DNA of 64,000 bases from an uncultured delta proteobacterium (GTDB lineage Bacteria; Desulfobacterota; Desulfobaccia; Desulfobaccales; 0-14-0-80-60-11): assembly GCA_963766185.1 (NCBI GenBank), contig CAVXZU010000012.1, positions 18,212-82,211 of the forward strand, written 5' to 3'. Numbering within the stretch: position 1 is the first letter of the stretch; every line of letters starts with the position of its first letter. A program made the position numbers and the translations under genes. Of the stretch, positions 48,743 to 57,472 are shown one piece after another. Below the pieces are notes generated by a model. It was not told the origin of the DNA and did no database searches. It saw nothing but the letters and a program-made list of their open reading frames with translations.

Positions 48743-50527
48743 TTGCTTAGCCGCAAAATCTTCATGCAGATGAAAGCCAAGTTGTGCATCAGCCCCTCCC
48801 GGTCCCGTCTCGTTCTCGCCGGGATCCTGGGGGTGTCCGTCTGCCTGGCGGTCATGGGGTGCGCCTCCCCGGGGCGGATGGCCCCCAATGGCACCGGGGC
48901 CGAAACCACGCCGGAAAGCCCAAAAAGCCTGGCGTACTATCACTTCCTCAAGGCCCAACAACTGCTGGTGGCCGATGACGCCGCGGGGGCCATACGGGAA
49001 TATGAGGCGGCCATAAAAGCTGATCCGGAATCTCCGTTCCTCGAAATGGAGCTGGCCGCCCTCTACCAGCGCCAGGGCGATGCCAAGCAAGCCCTGGCCC
49101 ACGCCGAGAAATCTCTCCGGTTAGATCCCAAGCAGCAAGAGGCATATTTTCTCCTGGCCAGCCTGCACGTGGGCCTCAACCAGTTGGGGGAGGCCACCCG
49201 GGAATATGAGCGCATCCTCACCTTAGACCCGAAAAACCGGGAAGCCCGCCTCTTCCTGGCTACTCTCTACGCCCAGCAGCGGCGGTATCCCAAGGCCATT
49301 CGCACCGTCCAGGAACTCTTGCGCCTGGATCCCTCCCTCATCGTGGGTTACTACTACCTGGGGCGCATTTATCTGGAAACCGGCCGCCTGGCGGACGCCA
49401 AAAAAGAATTCCAACGAGTCCTCAGCATGGACCCCAAATTCGTCCCGGCCATGTTCGACCTGGGGGTCACCCTGGAACGGGAGCACCAATACAGCCGGGC
49501 CCTGTCCACCTACCGCCGCATCCTCCGCTCCTACCCTCGCAACAGCAAGGTCTGGACCAGCATCGGCCGCCTCTACCTGATTATGAACCGCTACAGCGAT
49601 GCCCAGAAGGCCTTTCGCAAGGTCAGGGAATTGGAACGGAATGACCCCGCCGCTGACTTCAATATCGCCCTGATCTGCCTCGAGCAAAAACTCCCGGACG
49701 ACGCCATCCGCCTGCTCCGCCCCCTCTTGACCGTGCCCCGTCTGCGGGAACGGGTTCGCTATTTCATCGCCATGGCCCTGGAGGAAAAAGGCGACATGAA
49801 GGCGGCCGCGATCGAGTATCAACTGGTAAACCTGGGATCCGAATATTTTATCCAGGCGCGCCTCAGGCTGGCCTATCTCACCTTTCAAATGGGTGACAAG
49901 GCCCGAGCCCGCCAGATCCTCAGTGATCTCCTGGCCCGGGCTCCTCAACAGGAAGAGATTTATCTTACCAAATCCTACTTTTACGAGGAAGACAACCAGT
50001 GGGACCTGGCCATCAAGGCCCTCACCGCCGGGCTGGGGCAGGTGGAGCGGCCCCAGGAAATCCATTTCCGCCTGGCAGTCCTTTATGAGAAAGAGAATAA
50101 ACGCCCCGAAAGTATCCAGCAGATCAAGAAAGTCCTGGAAATAGACCCGCATAATGCCGATGCCCAGAATTTCCTCGGCTACGCCTACGCCGAAGCCGGG
50201 GTAGACCTGGATGAGGCTGAAAAGCTGATCCGCCAGGCCCTGCGCTCCAAGCCCAACAGCGGTCACATCATTGATAGCCTCGGGTGGGTCTTATATAAAA
50301 AGGGCCAGTACGGCAAGGCGGTGACCGAGTTGGAGCGGGCGCATCGCATCATGCCCCACGACGGCACCGTGGCCGAGCATCTGGGGGATGCCTATGTTAA
50401 GATGAAGCGCTACCGGGACGCCCTGCGCATCTACCGCCGGGCCCTGGAAATGGAAAATGCCACTCCCTCAACCCTGCGGAAGAAAATCAATCAGGTGGAA
50501 CTTTTATTGAAAGGAACGACCCCTTGA
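48743..50527 (+). CDS. TPR-repeat lipoprotein
   Basis: LAVMGC lipobox, then more than 10 TPR-like repeats. Confidence 0.75.
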   Translation: MLSRKIFMQMKAKLCISPSRSRLVLAGILGVSVCLAVMGCASPGRMAPNGTGAETTPESPKSLAYYHFLKAQQLLVADDAAGAIREYEAAIKADPESPFLEMELAALYQRQGDAKQALAHAEKSLRLDPKQQEAYFLLASLHVGLNQLGEATREYERILTLDPKNREARLFLATLYAQQRRYPKAIRTVQELLRLDPSLIVGYYYLGRIYLETGRLADAKKEFQRVLSMDPKFVPAMFDLGVTLEREHQYSRALSTYRRILRSYPRNSKVWTSIGRLYLIMNRYSDAQKAFRKVRELERNDPAADFNIALICLEQKLPDDAIRLLRPLLTVPRLRERVRYFIAMALEEKGDMKAAAIEYQLVNLGSEYFIQARLRLAYLTFQMGDKARARQILSDLLARAPQQEEIYLTKSYFYEEDNQWDLAIKALTAGLGQVERPQEIHFRLAVLYEKENKRPESIQQIKKVLEIDPHNADAQNFLGYAYAEAGVDLDEAEKLIRQALRSKPNSGHIIDSLGWVLYKKGQYGKAVTELERAHRIMPHDGTVAEHLGDAYVKMKRYRDALRIYRRALEMENATPSTLRKKINQVELLLKGTTP

Positions 50528-51312
50528 ACCTGCGAATCCTCTTATGCCTCGCCCTGGGGGCGCTCCTCTGTTCGGCCGGCTGCCGGACCCTGTTTCCGCC
50601 CCGGCCGCCGGTGGCGGTCATCTCCCAGGAAAACCTGCTGGCCGTTCTTAAGGCCCGCCAGGAAAAGATCAAATCCTTCCGGGCCAAAGGCCGCATCACC
50701 TACCTGTCCCCCCAGCAGAATTATTCCGGCACGGCCCTGCTCTCGGGCCAACTGCCCGCCAGTCTCAAGGTTGATGTCCTGGATTTCCTGGGCCGCACCA
50801 TCCTGAGCTTCGCCACCGACGGCGCCGAGGTTAAGGTACTGTCCCCCCGGGAAAACAAATTCTTCTACGGCCCCGCCACTCCCCGGAATCTGGCCGCCTT
50901 CATTCCCCCCACCGTCAGCCTGCCCCAGGCCCTGCGCCTGCTGTTAGGGGCCCTGCCGTTGAGCCAGGGACCGCCCCAGGATTTTTCCTATGACGCCGCC
51001 ACGAGCCTTTACCGCCTGGAGTGGCGCCAGGGCAACGCCATTACCGAACGCCTCTGGGTCGCGGCCCAGGGTCTCTACCCCGTTCAGGAAGAGTGGTACG
51101 GCGGCGCGCCGGAACCGCGCTTTAGCGCCGAACTGGCCAACTTCGGCGCCCTGGCCCCCAACCTGCCCGAAAAAGTCACCCTGAAGACGCCCGCGCCTAA
51201 GATGGAAATGCGCCTGGTCTACCATGACCTTAATTACAATCCGCCGCTGACTCCGACCTCGTTGACCCTGACGGCCCCTCCCGGCGTGGTCCAGGTCCCC
51301 CTGGGGAAATAG
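50524..51312 (+). CDS. Outer-membrane lipoprotein, LolB-like/DUF4292
   Basis: LCSAGC lipobox; 262 aa; start overlaps the upstream stop. The family call is from memory only. Confidence 0.5.
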   Translation: MNLRILLCLALGALLCSAGCRTLFPPRPPVAVISQENLLAVLKARQEKIKSFRAKGRITYLSPQQNYSGTALLSGQLPASLKVDVLDFLGRTILSFATDGAEVKVLSPRENKFFYGPATPRNLAAFIPPTVSLPQALRLLLGALPLSQGPPQDFSYDAATSLYRLEWRQGNAITERLWVAAQGLYPVQEEWYGGAPEPRFSAELANFGALAPNLPEKVTLKTPAPKMEMRLVYHDLNYNPPLTPTSLTLTAPPGVVQVPLGK

Positions 51313-51543
51313 CTGTCAGCTTTGAGCCATCAGCTTTCAGCAAAAACCAGGCACCGGCGAAAATAACCCGCAGAGGGGACAACCAGGGGGGCCTACGGGT
51401 GGCGGCGGGCACATATTGCCGAGAGTCGTAGAGTCGTAGGGCGGGAAAGCGAAGCGCATCCCGCCTTGAGCGTTCTGGGCTGCCCGGCCGGGGTGCGGGA
51501 GAACGGGGTCTTTTTCCCATTAATTAAGGCTTTCTACTCTATA

Positions 51544-52026
51544 ATGAAATTCCTGGTGGATCAGCCCCTGGGCGGCCTGGCCAAGTGGCTGCGTTTCTGC
51601 GGCTTCGACGCCACCCTCCTGCGCCTGGCCCCGGATAAACCCGGGAACTGGCCGCCCCTCCAGCCCCAGACCCATATCCTGACCCGGCAGGCAGCCTGCC
51701 AGCGTCTCAAGCGGCCCGACCTCCTGGTCCTGGCCGCCCCCGAACCCGAGGGCCAGCTCACCGAGGTGATCCGGCGCCTGCACCTGACGCCCCACCTCAA
51801 ACCCCTGACCCGTTGCCGCCACTGCAACGATCCCCTCGCCCCCCTGGAACGAGACCTGGTCCAGGGTCGGGTTCCCGAGCATGTTTTCCTCACCCAGGTC
51901 CGGTTCTACGCATGCCCCCGCTGCCACCGGGTCTACTGGCCCGGCAGCCATATCCGGGGAATTACCGGCACCTTGCGGGACCAACTGGCGCAACTGGGGG
52001 ACCGGGACGCCGACCCGCCGAAATAA
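51544..52026 (+). CDS. Mut7-C RNase-domain (PIN-like, DUF82) protein with a C-terminal zinc ribbon
   Basis: MKFLVDQPLGGLAKWLRFCGFD ... CRHCN ... CPRCHRVYWPGSH. Confidence 0.65.
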   Translation: MKFLVDQPLGGLAKWLRFCGFDATLLRLAPDKPGNWPPLQPQTHILTRQAACQRLKRPDLLVLAAPEPEGQLTEVIRRLHLTPHLKPLTRCRHCNDPLAPLERDLVQGRVPEHVFLTQVRFYACPRCHRVYWPGSHIRGITGTLRDQLAQLGDRDADPPK

Positions 52027-52126
52027 CCGGGCCACATTTCCGGCGCTTTTGGGATTGCGCCGCCCCCTCCCCCACCCTATATTAGTAGAATAAGCAAAAA
52101 TGCCTGGGGCCGGACAACCAGAGCTT

Positions 52127-52213
52127 TTGCCGAAAGCCCTTTCCCCTTTGCCCCGCTCCCCCCATCGGGTGGAGAGGCTTACGGTGGAGGGGATAAGGAA
52201 AAACTTTCGGCAA
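52127..52213 (+). repeat. 87-nt element with TIR ttgccgaaag / ctttcggcaa
   Basis: The TIRs are related to those of family B. The core differs. Confidence 0.6.
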
Positions 52214-52288
52214 TGAGTATATCTCCGGTTGCCTCCCGGCACCGGGTGTTCCCTCCCCGGTTCCAGGCCATCGGGAAAGGAGGTGTGC

Positions 52289-52717
52289 ATGAGCGTCGAT
52301 TATCAAGGTTTGGCCGCCAAGGGATTCAAGGGACTCAAGTGCGTCGGGTGGTTCGCCAGGACCCTGGCCCTCAATACGCTGCGCCGGAGCCTGATCCTGG
52401 GCCGCTACACCCTGGCCTGCTGGCAGAAGCAGAAAGTCAACAATGCCATGCGCCGTGTGGGGGAAGAGTTTTTCCAGGCCCTGGAAAAGGGCGAGACCAA
52501 CCCCTTGGTGGTCAGCGAAGTGAGCGATGCGGTCAACCAGGCCAAAGATTTAAAAGCGGCCAAGGACAAGAATTACCAGGCCGTGGCCGCCACCCGGGAG
52601 AAGATCCGGGCCGCCTGGACCAAGGAACCCCCACCGGTCCCCGCGGTGGAAACCCCGCCCCCGGCCGCCGAGCCCACCGAGGCTCCGGAGAAGCCCGAGG
52701 AACCTGCGGCTTCATAG
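52289..52717 (+). CDS. Hypothetical protein with a Pro/Glu-rich tail
   Basis: AAGGAGG lies 6 nt upstream of ATG 52289; 142 aa. No family recognised. Confidence 0.4.
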   Translation: MSVDYQGLAAKGFKGLKCVGWFARTLALNTLRRSLILGRYTLACWQKQKVNNAMRRVGEEFFQALEKGETNPLVVSEVSDAVNQAKDLKAAKDKNYQAVAATREKIRAAWTKEPPPVPAVETPPPAAEPTEAPEKPEEPAAS

Positions 52718-52905
52718 AGTTTTTCTAAGGAAGAGGGGCCAGGGGCTCGTGCCCCTGACCCCTCCCCAACTGCTTAAGAAAGGTGCGCACAGCGCACCCA
52801 TTCCCCGAATCTCACCCCTTATAGGGGGATAGGAGGGGGAGCTTGAGGGGAGGGCGGGGGACTCGCGTCCCCCGGTCCTCCCCTCAAATTATGGTCAGAT
52901 CGTTG

Positions 52906-53397
52906 CTAGTCCGCCCCGCACTCCGCCGGGCTGCCCCGGAGTTTTTCCAGGGCGTGGGGCAGGGCCGCGGCCACCGCCGCCAGGTTTTCCCGGGCTCCCT
53001 TGGGGCTGCCGGGCAGGTTGATGATCAGGGTGCGGCCCCGGATCACCGCCACCCCCCGGGAGAGCATGGCGTGGGGGGTGATGGCCAGACCCGCGGCCCG
53101 CATGGCCTCGGCTATCCCCGGCACCAGGCGTTGGGCCACGGCCAGGGTGGCCTCCGGCGTCGTATCCCGGGGGCTCAGGCCCGTCCCCCCGGTGGTCAGG
53201 ATCAGGTCCAGGCCCTCGTCGTCGCTCCAGGCCGTAAGTATCGCCGCAATGGCCTCCGGCTCGTCGGGCACGATCTCATAGGCGGAAACCGTAAAGCATT
53301 GGGAGTCCAGCAGCCGGCCCAGTTCGGGCCCGGCGGTGTCGGCCCGCTCCCCGGCGTGCCCCCGGTCACTGACCGTCAGGATGCCCACCCGGAACAT
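52906..53397 (-). CDS. mog: Molybdopterin adenylyltransferase MogA/MoaB family
   Basis: GILTVSDR...LILTTGGTGLSPRD.TPEA...INLPGSPKG. Confidence 0.85.
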   Translation of the reverse strand: MFRVGILTVSDRGHAGERADTAGPELGRLLDSQCFTVSAYEIVPDEPEAIAAILTAWSDDEGLDLILTTGGTGLSPRDTTPEATLAVAQRLVPGIAEAMRAAGLAITPHAMLSRGVAVIRGRTLIINLPGSPKGARENLAAVAAALPHALEKLRGSPAECGAD

Positions 53398-53912
53398 TAA
53401 ACTACCTCGATGGTATCGCCCGGCTTCACCAGGCCCTCTTTCAGCACCCGGGCAAAAATGCCTTCTTTGGGCATGACGCAGTCGCCCACCAGTTCCCGGA
53501 TGGCGCAGCCCTTGTGGCAGGTCTTGCCGATCTGGGTGACTTCCAGTTCCACCGCCTCGCCCACCCTGAGCCGGGTCCCCACCGGCAGGTGCATCACATC
53601 GAGACCCTCAACCGTGAGATTTTCAGCAAAATCACCGGCCTTGACCTTGGCGCCCGCGGCCACCATCTTGTCGATGCTCGACTGGGCCAGCAGACTCACC
53701 TGGCGGATGCCGCCTTCGGCGTGGGCGTCCCCGGCCAGGCCGTGATCCACCACCAGCCGCGCCTGGTCCACGTTGTGCTTGACCTCGCCCTTGCGCTCGG
53801 AAACCGAAACCGCCGCGATGCGGCCCTTCTGCCCTAACAGCGTCCGGCTTGATCCAGCGTTTAGCCCCGTCATTTTTGCTTCAGGCAACCTCTCTCTTCC
53901 TTGCAGCGTCAA
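53397..53912 (-). CDS. MOSC domain protein
   Basis: RQVSLL...GDFAENLTVEGLD...G..L.VG.A.LEVTQ....C. The start may be internal (MTGLNAG...). Confidence 0.75.
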   Translation of the reverse strand: MTLQGRERLPEAKMTGLNAGSSRTLLGQKGRIAAVSVSERKGEVKHNVDQARLVVDHGLAGDAHAEGGIRQVSLLAQSSIDKMVAAGAKVKAGDFAENLTVEGLDVMHLPVGTRLRVGEAVELEVTQIGKTCHKGCAIRELVGDCVMPKEGIFARVLKEGLVKPGDTIEVV

Positions 53913-53988
53913 CCCGGCCCTTAAAGGCGTAGGGGCGGTTGGCGCACCGCCCCTACAGGTTATCGGCTGAAATCCATTTTCAACCGGG

Positions 53989-56073
53989 CTACTCCTTCTC
54001 TTGGGCGGCCCGGGCTTCGGCGACGATCTTCTCCGCCAGGTGGGGCGGGACCTCTTCGTAGTGGTCGAACTCCATCTCGTAGGTGCCCCGGCCCCCGGTC
54101 TTGGAAATCAGGTCCGGGGCATAGAGCAGGACCTCGGTCATGGGCACGTGGGCAGTAACCACCTGCTGCCGGCCGTCGGCTTCCACTCCCAGGACCCGGC
54201 CCCGGCGCCCGTTGAGGTCGCCGATGATATCCCCCATGTTCTCTTCCGGCACCGTGACCACCATCTTCATAATGGGTTCCAACAGAGTGGGGTTGGCCTG
54301 TTCCATGCCCTTCTTGAAGCCCTTGGATCCGGCGATTTTAAAGGCCATGTCCGAAGAGTCCACGTCGTGGAAGGAGCCGTCATACAGGGACACCCGGAAA
54401 TCCACCACCGGGAAGCCGGCCAGGATGCCGACATTCTTGGCCTCGGCGATGCCTTTTTCCACCGAGGGGATGTACTGTTTGGGGATGGCGCCCCCCACGA
54501 TCTTGTCCACAAACTCAAAGCCGCTGCCCTTGGGCAAAGGCTCCAGTTCCAGCCAGGTGTCGCCGTATTGCCCCCGGCCGCCGGACTGGCGTTTATGTTT
54601 GCCCTGGACCTTGACGGTACCCTTGATGGTCTCGCGGTACGGCACCTTCTGCGGTTTCAGATTGACTTCCACCCCGAACTTGCGCTTCAGCTTTTCCGCC
54701 GTGGCCTCGATATGGACCGAACCCACGCCGGACAGCAGGATTTCCTTGGTTTCGGCGTTCCGGGTCAGGTTCAGGGAGGGGTCTTCCTCGATGAGCTTGG
54801 AAAACGACGAGAAGACCTTGTCCTCTTCCCCCTGTTTCTTGGGTTCCAGGGCAAAGGTAACCATGGGCCGGGAGGACGGGATGGCCGGCAGCAGGAGGGG
54901 ATTGGCCTCCGTCGTCAGGGTGTCGCCGGTGACCGTCTCTTTGAGCTTGGCCACTGCGCCGAAGGCCCCGGGGCCCAGGTTGGGCACGGCCTTCTGGGCC
55001 TTGCCCTCCAGCAGGAAGAGCTGGCCGAAACGCTCCGGCACCGCCCGGGTGGCGTTGAGGACCGTAGAGTCGGCGGCCATGACGCCGGAGTAAATGCGGA
55101 AAATGGACAGGCGGCCGGCATAGGGGTCGGCCACGGTCTTGAAGACCTGCGCTGCCAGGGGGCCATCCGGGTCCGCCTCAAAGACCACTTCGGCGGCCGT
55201 GGTGGGATGCTGCCCGGTGATCGGGCCGCGATCCTCCGGGGCGGGGAGATAAAAATTAATCGCGTCCAGCAGGAGTGCGGCGCTGCCGCTGTTCTGGCTG
55301 GCCCCGCATAATACCGGCACGAAACTGCCCTTCAGGGTGCCCACCCGGAGTCCCTGGTAGATCTCCTCCGGCGTCAGTTCCCCTTCTTCCAGGAATTTCT
55401 CGATCAGGGCATCGTCACTTTCCGCAGCAAAGTTAAGCAGATCGTTCCGCAGCGCTTCCGCCTCTTCCTTAAGGTCGTCGGGGATGGGACTCGCTTCCAG
55501 CTTGCCGCCCCCCGCCGGCGCCAGGTAGGCCTTTTGGCTGATCAAATCCACCACCCCTTTGAAACCGGCTTCCCGGCCGATGGGCAGCAGGATTGGCACG
55601 GCCTGGACCTCCAGCACTTCCCGGATTTCCTTGAGCGCCTGGTGAAAATCGGCCCGTTCCCGGTCCATCTTATTGATGAAGGCCATCCGAGGCAGATTGT
55701 ATCGGTTGGCCGTCTGCCAGACCTTTTCGGTGCCCACCTTGACGCCGTCCACCGCGTCCACCACCACCACCGCGGCGTCGGCCACATGGAGGGCGGCCCG
55801 GGTATCCGCCAGGAAATTGTCATCCCCGGGGGTGTCGGCCAGGTAGACCGTGTGCTTTTTCCACTGATAGTGGTGAAAGGCGCTGGAGATGGTGATCTTA
55901 CGTTTAATTTCCTCCGGCTCGTAATCCAGAACGGAACTGCCGTCGTCGACTTTTCCCAGCCGGGAGGTGGCCCCCGCCCCAAAAAGGAGGGCCTCGGCCA
56001 AAGAGGTCTTGCCGCAGCCGCTATGGCCGATCAGGGCGAGGTTGCGGATCTGTGTGGTTTTGCCGGACATCAA
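53989..56073 (-). CDS. Elongation factor G family GTPase (EF-G paralog)
   Basis: G1 GHSGCGKTS, G3 DTPG, G4 NKMD, plus domains II-V; 694 aa. Confidence 0.9.
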   Translation of the reverse strand: MMSGKTTQIRNLALIGHSGCGKTSLAEALLFGAGATSRLGKVDDGSSVLDYEPEEIKRKITISSAFHHYQWKKHTVYLADTPGDDNFLADTRAALHVADAAVVVVDAVDGVKVGTEKVWQTANRYNLPRMAFINKMDRERADFHQALKEIREVLEVQAVPILLPIGREAGFKGVVDLISQKAYLAPAGGGKLEASPIPDDLKEEAEALRNDLLNFAAESDDALIEKFLEEGELTPEEIYQGLRVGTLKGSFVPVLCGASQNSGSAALLLDAINFYLPAPEDRGPITGQHPTTAAEVVFEADPDGPLAAQVFKTVADPYAGRLSIFRIYSGVMAADSTVLNATRAVPERFGQLFLLEGKAQKAVPNLGPGAFGAVAKLKETVTGDTLTTEANPLLLPAIPSSRPMVTFALEPKKQGEEDKVFSSFSKLIEEDPSLNLTRNAETKEILLSGVGSVHIEATAEKLKRKFGVEVNLKPQKVPYRETIKGTVKVQGKHKRQSGGRGQYGDTWLELEPLPKGSGFEFVDKIVGGAIPKQYIPSVEKGIAEAKNVGILAGFPVVDFRVSLYDGSFHDVDSSDMAFKIAGSKGFKKGMEQANPTLLEPIMKMVVTVPEENMGDIIGDLNGRRGRVLGVEADGRQQVVTAHVPMTEVLLYAPDLISKTGGRGTYEMEFDHYEEVPPHLAEKIVAEARAAQEKE

Positions 56074-56311
56074 ATTCTCCCTTCCCTCAAGGTAGCCTCC
56101 CCGGTTCCAGGCTTTGGTGAAGATTTCGTTTGGCTCCGGGGTAACCTTTTAAAACTAACAGGTTTGTCCATAAATCTCAACCGCTTTTCCACGCCCTTTC
56201 CGGACTCATTCCGCGCAAAGGGGAGAATACCGGGAAAACCCGCGGCCATCCGGAGAAATGACCCCTGGCCAATTGACAGGGGAATATCCTCTTGATATAT
56301 TATTTCGTTGT

Positions 56312-56388
56312 CGGGACGTGGCGCAGACTGGTAGCGCACCTGAATGGGGTTCAGGGGGTCGGAGGTTCAAATCCTCTCGTCCCGACCA
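56312..56388 (+). tRNA. tRNA-Pro (anticodon GGG), CCA encoded
   Basis: cgggacg-tg-gcgc-agactggta-gcgc-a-cctga-atggggt-tcagg-gggtc-ggagg-ttcaaat-cctct-cgtcccg-a-cca folds as a canonical cloverleaf. Confidence 0.9.
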
Positions 56389-56402
56389 GAGATTAGAAGG
56401 GA

Positions 56403-56600
56403 TTATAAGAGGTTGGCAGACGTGAGGCTGTCAGCCTTTTTGTTTTGGTGGGGAGTTTGAGTCAATTTTGTGTCATTGCCCAGGTTGTTGAGCTCCGCCA
56501 CGGCTTCTTTATGGTGGGCATAGTGCATGGTCATTTTAATATCGGCATGGCCCAAAAGCTCTTGCACCGCCTTCAGGCCTGCCCCAAAAAGACTTTTGCA
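56403..56600 (-). pseudogene. C-terminal fragment of a tyrosine recombinase/integrase
   Basis: ...AVQELLGHADIKMTMHYAH... is the LGHxxxxxTxxYxH box with the catalytic Tyr. Only about 60 aa of integrase-like sequence remain, directly 3' of tRNA-Pro. Confidence 0.7.
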
Positions 56601-56965
56601 AGCGGCTCTTTTGGCAATGACTATAAGTCCGAGGGGGCGACACCCACGTGGCCCTGGCCGCAACCCCTGGATGTTTCGGGGGAACTGGAGAGCTTTGAGA
56701 CCGGGCTGGCTTTGCTGACCCACCGCGGCCCTGGGGGACGGCTGACCCGGCCGCCAGGAGAAAATAAATTATAACGAGAATTCGATTTTTTTTTAATCTA
56801 TATTATGTATGATAGAGGTGGTTGGGATTGGCCTATGGAGGGGTTGACCCTCGGTTGAGCAGGTCCAAGGCACAGCCCTAAAGGGCGGTAACTTGGCTTA
56901 CGAACCGAGCCTTCTCCGGCCAGGGCACCCACCTTCCAACCTATGAAAAAATGGAGGGTTTTCCC

Positions 56966-57112
56966 ATGAAAAAGGCATTAATGTTTGCCTGTCTGATGTT
57001 CGGGCTCTTTGCCTTTATGAGCTGTGCTTCGACTGACACCACAAGCCAGGAGAAAAAGAAACCGGTAGGTTGGGGAACAGTTAATACGATAGAAAGTGAA
57101 ACCACAAAATGA
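56966..57112 (+). CDS. 48-aa putative lipoprotein
   Basis: MKKALMFACLMFGLFAFMSC with a lipobox-like FMSC. GGAGGG lies 7 nt upstream. Confidence 0.4.
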   Translation: MKKALMFACLMFGLFAFMSCASTDTTSQEKKKPVGWGTVNTIESETTK

Positions 57113-57472
57113 ACTAATTGCTGATGCGGCTCGTCTCAGGTCTTAGGTATCAAGCCAGGGCAGGATAATATCTCTTGCCAGAACTCATCGGTGCGCTTGC
57201 GGCCCTGTGGATCCCTCAAGATTGAGAACCCAGGGCCGGACCTCCCCGGAGATTCCACGGCAGGCGCACTCACCACCGTTATCCCCAAGCGCCACTCATG
57301 GCCGCTGAGGCTAATTCTTCCTAAAGACCAGTGCGCCGCCTGCTTTTGCCCTGGTCACACCAGTGGGTTTGCCGGGAGTCAGTACCTGGCCCAGGCCGTC
57401 CTTAACGGTTCTTCGCGTCTCAGTAACGGGCTGAAAAAAGATTTGCCCGCGCCTGCTCTCCCCTACACACCT

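Noticed and set aside
52740-52905. GC-rich palindromes (ggggctcgtgcccc, gggggactcgcgtccccc) downstream of the 52289 ORF as a special structure.
   Set aside because: They are the same kind of short GC hairpins seen in most intergenic regions here. They most likely act as terminator-like or repeat modules for the convergent genes.
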